NCBI GenBank assembly: GCA_003152105.1
Contig: PLZJ01000002.1
Location: 172,257 to 236,256 of the forward strand
DNA: 64,000 nucleotides
Direction of reading: 5' to 3'
Source of the DNA: Candidatus Levyibacteriota bacterium
GTDB taxonomy: Bacteria > Patescibacteriota > Microgenomatia > Levybacterales > UBA12049
Positions 41,206-50,846 of the stretch are shown in pieces. A model generated the notes under the pieces. It was given only the letters and a program-made list of their open reading frames with translations, was not told where the DNA came from and searched no databases. Each line of letters begins with the position of its first letter. Positions within the stretch are counted from its first letter, which is position 1. A program made the position numbers and the translations under genes.

Positions 41206-41269
41206 TGGGTAGGATGATTAGTTTAGCTTCGTTTAACAACCCAAATTATTGATTTGATATAATCTTTTA

Positions 41270-41914
41270 ATGATTCTTTTTATTGGTGGACCACCTAGAG
41301 TAGGCAAAGGAGTTTTAACAAGAAATTTAAGTAAAAAACTTGGAATTCCATATATTTCTACTGACGCACTCCGTCAAGCAGCTAGAGAACTTCCTGCAAT
41401 ACCCAAAACCGACAATTTATTTAAATCAGAACCCCTAGGTGAAGGAGATAACCAAGAAGAATTTTTCAATAATACAAAGGTAGAAGATATTATTGATTTT
41501 CAAAATAAGGAATCTGAAGAAGTAGCAAGACTTGTTAAGGGTATAGTAGGATATTTCAGTTGGAGTAAAGAGCATTACATCATAGAAGGGGTAGCACTTT
41601 TACCTCGATATTATACCTCAGAATTTATCAAGGAAAATAATATTATCTTTATAGCTGTTGGAAATACTAATTTTGACACATTTTTTAAATTTTCATGGGA
41701 CCATAGAGTTAATGGCGATTGGTTAGGAAAGACAAGTAAGGAAGCATTTGAAAAAGTAATTAAATTTAGTGCTGAATTCAGTAAAATCTTCCAAAATGAA
41801 GCCAATAAGTTTGGCTATCCATATTATGAAGTTAATTCAAAAGATTTTAATAACCATATGACAACTATAACTGAGGAAATTGTAAAGAAGATTAGAAATA
41901 TAGATAGGTTCTAA
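41270..41914 (+). CDS. P-loop kinase (2-phosphoglycerate-kinase-like)
   Basis: IGGPPRVGKG, ISTDALR and IIEG motifs; the stop TAA is inside repeat 41908. Confidence 0.75.
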   Translation: MILFIGGPPRVGKGVLTRNLSKKLGIPYISTDALRQAARELPAIPKTDNLFKSEPLGEGDNQEEFFNNTKVEDIIDFQNKESEEVARLVKGIVGYFSWSKEHYIIEGVALLPRYYTSEFIKENNIIFIAVGNTNFDTFFKFSWDHRVNGDWLGKTSKEAFEKVIKFSAEFSKIFQNEANKFGYPYYEVNSKDFNNHMTTITEEIVKKIRNIDRF

Positions 41915-42039
41915 CATCCTCCACTCCTGCGGCACGATAATGTAACATCAAGATAAGCCCTTTGTATTAATCTAAATGAAATATTTGAACCTTCTAGAAA
42001 CTTCTTAAAGTTTAGTTTAGTATGTTATACTAACAGATA

Positions 42040-42780
42040 ATGCTCAAACAACTTTACTTAGTTACATTTACTTTACTCATCTTTTTCGTTTCACTTTTTG
42101 TCTATATAAAAATTGCTGGTCCGCTTCCGTTTTCAGTTAATTCAGTGACTACATCTAAATCAACAACTTTTGATGTAAGCGGAGAGGGAAAAGTAACTAT
42201 ACAACCAGATGGGGCAAATATTTCTGCAGGAGTCATGGCAAATGGAGCAAGCGTACAACAAGTACAAACTCAGATGAACACGATTATAAACAAAGTCTCC
42301 TCCTCCGAAAAATCATTGGGAATTGACCCAAAAGATATACAAACTGCACAATATAGTGTTACTCCTATATATGATTATTCACTAGGCAGCCAAAATATAA
42401 ACGGATACAGTGCCACGACAACGCTTACCATCAAAGTCCGTGATATTACCAAAATAAACAGCAGTATTGATGCCGCAACAGCAGCTGGAGCAACAAATGT
42501 AGATAATCTTGGTTTTACAAATAGTGATACAACGGTTGCGGAAAACCAAGCAAGAAAGATTGCAGTTGCACAGGCGAAGAAAAAAGCAGAGGATGCCGCA
42601 AGTATAGCGGGATTTTCCTTAGGTAATATTGTTAATTATAGTGAAAATTTTGGAGGTACTCCTCGTATTATGCCACTTAACGCAGAAAATGCTAATATAG
42701 GGAGCGCTCCTGTTACTAAACTTGAACCGGGATCAAATGAAGTACAAGTTGATGTGACTCTAAGTTATGAAATCAGATAA
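42040..42780 (+). CDS. SIMPL/DUF541 family protein
   Basis: VSGEGKV..PD, DIQT and AV..AKKKA motifs. Confidence 0.88.
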   Translation: MLKQLYLVTFTLLIFFVSLFVYIKIAGPLPFSVNSVTTSKSTTFDVSGEGKVTIQPDGANISAGVMANGASVQQVQTQMNTIINKVSSSEKSLGIDPKDIQTAQYSVTPIYDYSLGSQNINGYSATTTLTIKVRDITKINSSIDAATAAGATNVDNLGFTNSDTTVAENQARKIAVAQAKKKAEDAASIAGFSLGNIVNYSENFGGTPRIMPLNAENANIGSAPVTKLEPGSNEVQVDVTLSYEIR

Positions 42781-42919
42781 CAACTTAGTTCTCAGGTTCT
42801 AAATTGAATCACACCATTTAAAAGTTAATAACTACTTAATTTTCCAAGCTCTATAATCCTCCACACTGCGAGTTTGATAGGATTGTAAATTTAGCCTCAT
42901 TTTACAATCTATTTATTGA

Positions 42920-43639
42920 TTAAATAGTTTCTGCTTCTTTCCACCATTCTTCAAATAATTGAGAAAGTATTGCAGCAAATGGGGGATAGGTAATCTTTAT
43001 ACCCATATCTTTTTCGGATTCAGAATGCTTATATGACATAAAATATATGGCTTCAGAGTCATAAATCATAAGTCTTATATGTTTCAAGGCTGATTTTTTA
43101 ACTAAAATTCCATTTTGCTTCCAGTTAGCAACCTGATCAGCATTTTCGCCTGAGTAATCCTGTATTAGCATTCTAGTAATAATGCCTCTCTTTTTCGCCT
43201 CAATAATAGACAACATTGTTTCAGGAGGAATTTCATGTCCAGAACGAAGTAAATCTATTGATTTTACTGTTTTATCTGCTTCTATTGCTGAGATTTTCAT
43301 TAACTCATCACGGCTTTGAATAAAATTAAAGGACAATGGATCAATCTTAGATATCTCATTATTAGGAACTGTACCTAAATTTTCTCTAAATTCCTTTGAA
43401 AACCATTTATTTTGATGTAAGAGAAAAAGCGATAATCCGTCATTAATCGGCTTAGCCATAAATTGAGAAGGATAGCTAGAAGACTTGGCAATTAAACCTA
43501 AATTTAAGAGTTCCTCAGTCAGCCTATATACCACGGTAGGTATCAGCTTAAGCTGTATTGCTAGCTCTCTTGCGTAAAGCGGCCTAGATGTTTTGAGTAG
43601 CACCTTATATATTTCTTGAGCTTGCGGACTCATAGCCAT
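42920..43639 (-). CDS. TrmB-like transcriptional regulator
   Basis: N-terminal wHTH (VYRLTEELLNLGLI...YPSQF) plus a PLD-like C-terminal domain. Confidence 0.7.
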   Translation of the reverse strand: MAMSPQAQEIYKVLLKTSRPLYARELAIQLKLIPTVVYRLTEELLNLGLIAKSSSYPSQFMAKPINDGLSLFLLHQNKWFSKEFRENLGTVPNNEISKIDPLSFNFIQSRDELMKISAIEADKTVKSIDLLRSGHEIPPETMLSIIEAKKRGIITRMLIQDYSGENADQVANWKQNGILVKKSALKHIRLMIYDSEAIYFMSYKHSESEKDMGIKITYPPFAAILSQLFEEWWKEAETI

Positions 43640-43697
43640 AAGAAGGGTAGTTTAGCATTTTTTTGCTAAAGTATCAAATTTATAGATAATTCTATTT

Positions 43698-44849
43698 ATG
43701 ATAGAAGGTCAACCTTTAGAAGGTATTTTTCTTAATCAAAAAAGAGATAGTCTGTTTCAGCAGGCTGAGCGTGAACTTAGACATGAAGTTAGCATTTATC
43801 GTTTAAAAGATAGATTTGAAGGTTTGCCTAATAATCTAGGAAATATAACTATGCTTGATGCCTCCAATATCCCAGGTTGTCACTATGGTGTTAGAAATGT
43901 GTTTGTGCCTATTATTCATCACTTAGAAGAAGTAGGATTTTCAGTTAAAGATAAGTATGTTGATATCAATCCTGACACAACGATTCTAGTTGAGCCTAGC
44001 ACAGGTAATAGTTGGGTAGCTTTTAGCGATGCGGCTGAGATGTTAGGATATGAGCATATTGTAGTTATGCCTGAAGGTTTGCCTGAGAGTAGGTATAGGC
44101 ATCCAAACGGAAGACCAGTTAAAATTCTAAGAACTCCAAAAGAAGAATACGCTGAAGGCATGCCTAAACAGCTTCAATCTTTAATCATGCAAAACCGAAG
44201 AAGGATAGCTTTGGGTCAAAAAATATATATCACACCTAATCATCCAATTAGCTCTGCAGATATAACTGTAAAAGCAATGGCTGATTTGGGTCGTCAGTTG
44301 GCAGCAAAATTACAAGGCAAGGCTTTTACATTCGTAGGCTCTATGGGTAATGGTGCGAGTATTTGTTCTATAGGTGAATATTTAAAGGAAAACACTGATG
44401 ATGCAAGAGTAATAGCCACAGAATCGTTTAATTATGGTGGAGGATATGATTGGTATGCGAATACGCATAGGAAACCAAGCTATAAAAAATTATATGGAAT
44501 TGATCCAGGAAATCCAATACTTATGAAGCAGTTTGATGCTTTTGGGACTAACGCACCAATAGGTATAGAGCTTCCTCTTCAGAAAAGAGCTATAGAAGGA
44601 GGCTTACTAGATGATTATTCATTATTTACTACACAAGCTACTTTTGATGTTTATAAGTCAATTCCAGGTTTAAGTCAAGAACAGATTAATAATGCATCAA
44701 GTCTTCCTAATCGCAATAAACTACCTCAGTCTTTATATGAAGCATATGGAAACTCCACCTTAGCTAATATAGAAGTTGCATCACAATACACTAATGAAGA
44801 AAGAGAAATAGTTGCAATAGCTTATGATTCGCGAAAGGCGTATTCGTAA
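43698..44849 (+). CDS. Divergent PLP-dependent fold-type II (cysteine-synthase-like) protein
   Basis: LVEPSTGNS..A, IVVMPE and VGSMGNGAS motifs. Confidence 0.7.
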   Translation: MIEGQPLEGIFLNQKRDSLFQQAERELRHEVSIYRLKDRFEGLPNNLGNITMLDASNIPGCHYGVRNVFVPIIHHLEEVGFSVKDKYVDINPDTTILVEPSTGNSWVAFSDAAEMLGYEHIVVMPEGLPESRYRHPNGRPVKILRTPKEEYAEGMPKQLQSLIMQNRRRIALGQKIYITPNHPISSADITVKAMADLGRQLAAKLQGKAFTFVGSMGNGASICSIGEYLKENTDDARVIATESFNYGGGYDWYANTHRKPSYKKLYGIDPGNPILMKQFDAFGTNAPIGIELPLQKRAIEGGLLDDYSLFTTQATFDVYKSIPGLSQEQINNASSLPNRNKLPQSLYEAYGNSTLANIEVASQYTNEEREIVAIAYDSRKAYS

Positions 44850-44947
44850 AAATAGCTTCTAATGTCTGCCACTCCTGCGAGCTTGGTAGGAATAGCCAAT
44901 TTATCTTCATTTTACAATCTAAATTTCAGGTCTGGTATAATTGTAGC

Positions 44948-45460
44948 ATGGAAGATAGCGCTGAATCTCCACAACAACCAATAATACATAATAGAGAAAA
45001 TACTGCATCAAGCACTTTTAATTTTAAAACATTTTACTCTGATTCAGAAGGTAGAATAGATTTAGGTTCTTACACTAGGGACGTTGCTAAATTAAACATG
45101 CTTATTTATGAAGGTCTTGACGACAAAGATGAACTTCAAGAATTAAAGGATATAATTGAAGAACCTGATACTGCTGTTATTGTGGTAACAAATCACTCTG
45201 ATGAAGTAGTAGGCTTTGGTTCGGTAAGCGGCCTGCATTCAAGTACGGCAAATTTTGATGTGTCGGCAGTTAAGGAAGGAAATAGAGGAAAAGGTATATA
45301 TAGAGAACTTGTCAGAAGGAGAGTAGAGCTAGCTATGCAAAATGGAGTTAAAAAAGTGATGACTTTTCCTAACTCACAAAATATCTATCAAATAAAAGCA
45401 CTTGCTGATGAGGGTTTTAATAACAATGGAGGCTCTTTTTATATTTTAGATATTAAGTAG
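44948..45460 (+). CDS. GNAT acetyltransferase
   Basis: AVKEGNRGKGIY motif A. Confidence 0.8.
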   Translation: MEDSAESPQQPIIHNRENTASSTFNFKTFYSDSEGRIDLGSYTRDVAKLNMLIYEGLDDKDELQELKDIIEEPDTAVIVVTNHSDEVVGFGSVSGLHSSTANFDVSAVKEGNRGKGIYRELVRRRVELAMQNGVKKVMTFPNSQNIYQIKALADEGFNNNGGSFYILDIK

Positions 45461-45551
45461 ATGCCAGGTTCTAACTTCCTCCACTGCTGCGAGCTTTTAT
45501 TGATGTTAATATCTTGACTTTTAAGTCGGAAGGGGTTAATATAGCTAATCC

Positions 45552-46136
45552 ATGGCTGTACAATTAGAAACAACTAGAAGATTTGAATCATTTCAACCTG
45601 AGCAAAGAGATGAATTCTTAGGTAAATTAAAAGCAGAGCAAGCACAATTAGCCGAAACAACAAGGGAATTTGTACGATCACAAACTCCACTCTGGCAGTT
45701 GTTACCAAGCTTAGCTTCAGAAGCTGAAGGTATTAGATTAGGCTCAGTGGGCTCCAATATAGTAAAAGAAAAACTTTTACCTATTTCAGCTGGTCATAAT
45801 GTATATGCAGTTGCTTACATTGGTCTTTCTTCTGGAGAAATATTAGACGCTTATGACCGATTTAATGACAATAATCCTGCAAGAAGTTTATCAATGTTAA
45901 GTCGTGCAAGCGATGAAGCAATTTTAGATATTTTAGCAAATAGTCCAAGTAGCTTTGATGCTGCAAGTGTCATCAAAGTATATTTAAAAGGAATTGAAAT
46001 TAGACGCTCTCTAAGTCGAACGCAGGGAAATGAAGAAGTAAAAGAGCAAATAAAAATAAGAAGAGAAAAATACGGACTAAGAGAATTAGATTTGGAACAA
46101 GTAAAACAGTTAGTTGAAAAGTATGTATCTGAATAG
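45552..46136 (+). CDS. Cassette hypothetical protein
   Basis: Sole ORF; TTGACT -35-like element upstream. Confidence 0.6.
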   Translation: MAVQLETTRRFESFQPEQRDEFLGKLKAEQAQLAETTREFVRSQTPLWQLLPSLASEAEGIRLGSVGSNIVKEKLLPISAGHNVYAVAYIGLSSGEILDAYDRFNDNNPARSLSMLSRASDEAILDILANSPSSFDAASVIKVYLKGIEIRRSLSRTQGNEEVKEQIKIRREKYGLRELDLEQVKQLVEKYVSE

Positions 46137-46208
46137 TTAAGTTTTAACTCCCTCCACCCCTGCGAGCTGAACTATTGACAAGTCAATCAAAGATATGCAA
46201 TCATAAAC

Positions 46209-46400
46209 ATGCTGAAAGCAATGGAATGGGTCTTCTAAATACTGGGAATAATTCTACTTGCATCTTTTGTTGGAATGATTTATTCATATTTTCAAAATAC
46301 CCATAGTCAGGGACTTTTATTCACATCTGTAGTATTTCTTATCGCAGGACTTTATTCAATAAACTACTACTTTAAATTAAATAAGAAAAATAGACAATAG
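46209..46400 (+). pseudogene. Small two-TM membrane protein gene with a premature TAA at codon 10
   Basis: MLKAMEWVF*ILGIILLASFVGMIYSYF...KKNRQ*; TTGACA upstream. Confidence 0.55.
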
Positions 46401-46402
46401 AT

Positions 46403-46588
46403 ATGAATTGCACAAATGATCAATCCCCTATGGAAAAAGGCTCTTTAGTTGAACAAGGTACTCATTGGAATAAACTCTCTGAATTAGGAAAATTTGCAAC
46501 TGGAATAGCATTGGGATCTGCAAAAAGAGTTTTTGCCTATCATTGTCCTACCTGTGGAAATATATCTCTCTCAACCCAAGATAAATAA
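46403..46588 (+). CDS. Small zinc-ribbon protein (DUF6487-like)
   Basis: C...SPMEKG...AYHCPTCGNI pattern. Confidence 0.6.
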   Translation: MNCTNDQSPMEKGSLVEQGTHWNKLSELGKFATGIALGSAKRVFAYHCPTCGNISLSTQDK

Positions 46589-46697
46589 GGTTCTAACGTC
46601 CTCCACTCCTGCGAGCAACTACCTAGCCTCAAAATAGTCATTTTTAGCCTTGTTAGAGGAGATTAGGATTCGAACCTAAGTTTGGTATACTACAAAA

Positions 46698-47261
46698 GTG
46701 ATAATACAGCCACAGATAATTGACAAACTAAAAGCCTTAAATAGTCCAGCAATTATTGCAATATCAGGATTTGGAGGAGCTGGTAAGTCTTCAGCTGCTA
46801 ATCAAATAGGTAAACTTCTTGATGCCCCAGTCGTGTGCATAGATTCATTTATCAGAAAAGACAAGCCAAAAGAATATTCTAACTGGGAAGTAATGGATTT
46901 TAATAGACTAATATCGGATGTGATTAAACCATTTAAGGAAGGTAAAAATCCAGTTACCTTTATACCAAGTAGGTGGGAAGATGGAGTAATTCTTTCAGAA
47001 GTAGCGTTAAATCATAATGGAGTCCTTGTGATTGAAGGAGTAGGGCTGCTTCAGCCAACGTTAATGCCATATTATAGCTATTCAATTTGGATTGATACAG
47101 AAGCTGAAGAAGCATTCAGACGTGGTAAAAAAAGAGACAGAGAAGAATATAATAATCCTCATGATGAACTTTGGGATGGACTATGGAAAGAAAATGACAT
47201 TCAGTTTTATGAAAAGAATAATCCACATAAGTTAGCGGACGTAGTTTTAGACAATAAATAA
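46698..47261 (+). CDS. Uridine-kinase-like P-loop NTPase
   Basis: IIAISGFGGAGKS, IDSF and LVIEGV motifs. Confidence 0.8.
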   Translation: MIIQPQIIDKLKALNSPAIIAISGFGGAGKSSAANQIGKLLDAPVVCIDSFIRKDKPKEYSNWEVMDFNRLISDVIKPFKEGKNPVTFIPSRWEDGVILSEVALNHNGVLVIEGVGLLQPTLMPYYSYSIWIDTEAEEAFRRGKKRDREEYNNPHDELWDGLWKENDIQFYEKNNPHKLADVVLDNK

Positions 47262-47385
47262 CGTTCTAACTTCCTCCACTCCTGCGAGCTTCAATTAGCC
47301 AAATAAAACTCACTGATATAGTTAACCAGAGGGAGCTCTATAGGTAAATATTGACATGGTTATTTATGTATGTGATAGTTAGTAT

Positions 47386-48207
47386 ATGGAGTCAGATGTT
47401 AAAAAAGATAAAGTTGTCGAACCTAAGTTTATTTCAAAACATTTTAATTTTAAAAGAGTTTTGTTAGTTTTACTGGTAGTCCTTATAACTGCTTCAATTT
47501 TTAGTGCAATTGGATATCTTTTAGGAATAAGTCAGTCTTCATCAAGCATATCTATAAAGCCAGTACACGCATCTATTACTCCTGCTTTTAAAAGGCAAGG
47601 ATACAATGTAACTGAATCAATACTTCCAACACCTACTCCAGTACTTAATTTCGTACCGAATGTGCCAACAGTTACAAAACAAATCATTTCCAGTGTTGAT
47701 ACAAATGGATGGAAGACATTTTCATGTTCATTCCAGGGATCGTATAAATTTTCGGTCAAATATCCATCTCAATGGTATGTAGTTGATAATGGTGATACGT
47801 GTGGTGAAAAAGATGATCACGAAGAATTTGTGCTGAGTAATTATCCACATTCCCCTGGAGTAAATGGTTACCCAAATTATTATGCAATTGACATAGAATT
47901 TAATGCAAATGGGGGATATTTGGGTGGAGAACCTATATCTGCACAATCAACTGTAATTGATGCATTAAGTGGAAATGATTTACATATTAAAGATAATCCA
48001 GGTAAACTTCTTGAAATTGATACTACTACAATAGGTGGAAAAACTGCATACTCTTTACTAGTAGATACTAGAGTAGATGGTAAATCTAATGATCCTTGGA
48101 CTGTACTTATCCCAAATGGTTTAGTTCAATTTGACGATTTATCAGAAGTTACAGGGAATGCAGAAACTCAATTGTTTAATGCAATATTAAATTCAGTTAA
48201 ACTTTAG
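47386..48207 (+). CDS. Membrane-anchored PsbP-like protein
   Basis: TM, linker, GWKTF...FSVKYPSQW...FNAILNSVKL. Confidence 0.65.
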   Translation: MESDVKKDKVVEPKFISKHFNFKRVLLVLLVVLITASIFSAIGYLLGISQSSSSISIKPVHASITPAFKRQGYNVTESILPTPTPVLNFVPNVPTVTKQIISSVDTNGWKTFSCSFQGSYKFSVKYPSQWYVVDNGDTCGEKDDHEEFVLSNYPHSPGVNGYPNYYAIDIEFNANGGYLGGEPISAQSTVIDALSGNDLHIKDNPGKLLEIDTTTIGGKTAYSLLVDTRVDGKSNDPWTVLIPNGLVQFDDLSEVTGNAETQLFNAILNSVKL

Positions 48208-48296
48208 TTATATAGCCAGGTTAAAACATTCTCCACTCTGCGATCTCAAAAGCATATTGTAATATATGTATTTAAATAAATACGCTTTATTTAGTT

Positions 48297-49082
48297 TTAC
48301 TTATTAATTACTACTTCATCTGCTAACATAATTAATTCATTTCTAATCTGAAGGGAAAATTCATATTTGCTCATGCCCATAAAACCGAATGTATCAGGAA
48401 TACTTTCTTTTTCAGATTGTGTAGTTGAACGCGTAGTAAATGAAGGGTCAAAATTATACTTATCATCGTTTCCAACTTCATCTTCAACAATTCCAGGATC
48501 GCCTTGCCAAGGTAGAAACGCATAATGACTTTTTCCATTTGGAAACATCAGTAATTTATCTTCAGGAGAGTCAATAAATATAAAAAAGGGATAGGAATTA
48601 ACCGGATCTACTACATCAAGAATTTTTTTAGTTAGTTTTTGTGTGCCACCCGAGAAAACTAAATCATCCACCACTAGTCTTTTTGTTGGTGTCCGTGAAA
48701 TATTAAGTATCTTAATTAATTGATCTATGTTATCCGTACCAAAATGCTTATCCAAATCAGTTCTTGTTTGTATGGATTGAATTAAAGAGTTAGTATCAAT
48801 TTTCGTTTTACTATCAGTTTGAAATATTCTGGTTTTCTCATGCCCAATATTTAAAAATCTTATCTTTGGCAGAGGTTTAGTTGGATTTATAACTGTGAAT
48901 AACTTTCTGTAAAAATAAGCAAGCGGTCTAGCGCTTTTATCAAGGAAAAAAATAGTATTAACATCTTCAGAAGCCTGAACTAACTCCAACCCTCTTCTTT
49001 TAAACAGTTCTCTTTTCTCAACTATGGGAATAATTTTATACTCGCTTTGTATTGCTTCTTCGGGAATTGGTTGCTCTTCCAT
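48297..49082 (-). CDS. Phosphoribosyltransferase-fold protein
   Basis: FFLDKSARP and LVVDDLVFSGGT (PRPP-binding-like) motifs. Confidence 0.6.
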   Translation of the reverse strand: MEEQPIPEEAIQSEYKIIPIVEKRELFKRRGLELVQASEDVNTIFFLDKSARPLAYFYRKLFTVINPTKPLPKIRFLNIGHEKTRIFQTDSKTKIDTNSLIQSIQTRTDLDKHFGTDNIDQLIKILNISRTPTKRLVVDDLVFSGGTQKLTKKILDVVDPVNSYPFFIFIDSPEDKLLMFPNGKSHYAFLPWQGDPGIVEDEVGNDDKYNFDPSFTTRSTTQSEKESIPDTFGFMGMSKYEFSLQIRNELIMLADEVVINK

Positions 49083-49259
49083 AGTTCAATCCTAGTTTAT
49101 AATATATTAAAAAGTCAAACAATTTGTTCTAACGTCCTCCACTCCTGCGAGCAAGGTTAGATTAATGACCTAACAGACCCCATAAGCTCTGGTTATTATA
49201 ACTTCCACTTCTTACAAATAAGTTTTATAATTAGGTAAACTGGTAACAAAAGATAACTT

Positions 49260-49436
49260 ATGGACAATAAGCAAAAATCAATCATCCTAACTATTTTAGC
49301 TTGCGTCTCAGCAGCTTCCACTGCGCCCATTGCTGCAACGCCTTCAATAAAAGCAATTTTTATAGTTTTACCACTAATCCTAATGGGTATACTCCTGTTT
49401 TTTGCTGGATATTATGCTGGATTAAGTAAGAAGTGA
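49260..49436 (+). CDS. Small two-TM membrane protein (58 aa, below the ORF track cutoff)
   Basis: Hand-translated MDNKQKSIILTILAC...YYAGLSKK*. Confidence 0.5.
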   Translation: MDNKQKSIILTILACVSAASTAPIAATPSIKAIFIVLPLILMGILLFFAGYYAGLSKK

Positions 49437-49449
49437 AATAAATAGAAAA

Positions 49450-49821
49450 ATGAAAAGGCCAACATTTTTAACAATATGGCTCAATGTAATGCTTCTATTC
49501 TCTATTGCACTCACGGTTGATTCTCTCACATACCTTCCTATGATACGTCTTACTAAAAACTATGTTAGTCTTATTGGGATTGTGGCTGGTTTTGTGCAAA
49601 TATGGGCAGTAGTCCAGCTACTCAGATGGAGAAAGATAGGAGTTTGGCTTTTACTGTCCTCAGCAATTGTAATAATGTTTGTAACAGCTATCAATGAATT
49701 TTATCTTATATCTAATGTAGGCCAAATACTTGTCAGTATGTTAATGGTTTTAGTGGTCAATATTGTTATGTTTGGGATTTTATATTTAGCGATAAGACCG
49801 GTTTGGAAAAACTTCAAATAG
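49450..49821 (+). CDS. Four-TM membrane protein
   Basis: MKRPTFLTIWL...WRKIG...WKNFK. Confidence 0.65.
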   Translation: MKRPTFLTIWLNVMLLFSIALTVDSLTYLPMIRLTKNYVSLIGIVAGFVQIWAVVQLLRWRKIGVWLLLSSAIVIMFVTAINEFYLISNVGQILVSMLMVLVVNIVMFGILYLAIRPVWKNFK

Positions 49822-50046
49822 AAAACTCTAAATTGCGAAGGATTTGGATGATTGTAACTTCTTTATTTCCTCCCTCCTTTGTCTAAACTCCCCAAAGACG
49901 CATAAATTCTGGAAAACGCTAATAATTTGTGCGTAATTTATCGGTATAATAAGATTAGGTTTTGGGAAGCAACTACCCAGCCTCTAAATAGTCCTTTTTA
50001 GCCTCGTTGGAGGAGACTAGGAATCGAACTTTCTAATAAAAGTGTC

Positions 50047-50301
50047 TTAATACGGATATGGAATAAAGGGAATTGGACCTGAAAAATTATTGCTTCCTGT
50101 CACTAAATAATGAAACATCTGCATTGCTAGTAAGGCTGCTACGCAAAATGTAAGTAATGCAATCCACGGTTTAAAAGTTTGTTTGATAAAACGTATTTTT
50201 TTCTGTTTTTTATTTCGTAAAAAATAAATACCTAAAAACAATAGACTAACAATTACTACTAAAGCGATATCTGACAATATTGTTATGATTACATATGTCA
50301 T
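50047..50301 (-). CDS. Small membrane protein
   Basis: Two hydrophobic helices; fills the cassette. Confidence 0.5.
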   Translation of the reverse strand: MTYVIITILSDIALVVIVSLLFLGIYFLRNKKQKKIRFIKQTFKPWIALLTFCVAALLAMQMFHYLVTGSNNFSGPIPFIPYPY

Positions 50302-50432
50302 TTATTTATAGTCTCAGAATTTCCGTATATATGTCAAATAATTAAATAGTAGGTTCTGCCACCTTCCACTCCTGCGAGCTTATTGATAATAGCAGTTGAC
50401 ATAGTATTATTTATCTGTAACTATAGAATAGA

Positions 50433-50807
50433 ATGTTATTTCAATATTTTTTTATACTATATTTTATATTTCTATTCATTTTTTTTACTTTACAATATCC
50501 ATTAGACTATCTTTTAATGAGTGCTTTGCAAAAGGATTATCCTGAGTTATTGTCCGAATACAATATTGGTGATTTATGGTTTTTAAACAGAATGACAACG
50601 TGGAGGACATTGAAACTTACTTTTGATGACGAATTAGCTCAAAATGCAAGCGCAAAGTTAATATTGCTTATAAACATATATCGCTATAGCACACTATTAA
50701 GTTATGTAGCAATTTTTATTTTTATCTTTATAGCAATTTTAGATTCAAAAGATAGTGTCCAAGCTATTATAATTATGTTCAATTTTATCGGTATTCATAT
50801 TAAATAA
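50433..50807 (+). CDS. Membrane protein
   Basis: Two TM; TTGACA and TAGAAT upstream. Confidence 0.55.
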   Translation: MLFQYFFILYFIFLFIFFTLQYPLDYLLMSALQKDYPELLSEYNIGDLWFLNRMTTWRTLKLTFDDELAQNASAKLILLINIYRYSTLLSYVAIFIFIFIAILDSKDSVQAIIIMFNFIGIHIK

Positions 50808-50846
50808 TATGTTCTAACGTCCTCCACTCCTACGAGCTTCAATAAT

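Noticed and set aside
46650-46680. Additional minus-strand tRNA genes in family A arms
   Set aside because: Only the T-arm is present; there is no D arm, anticodon arm or matching acceptor strand.
49084-49097. GTTCAATCCTAGT resembling the tRNA T-arm
   Set aside because: A short gapped match in AT-rich DNA, seen only once; not distinguishable from chance.
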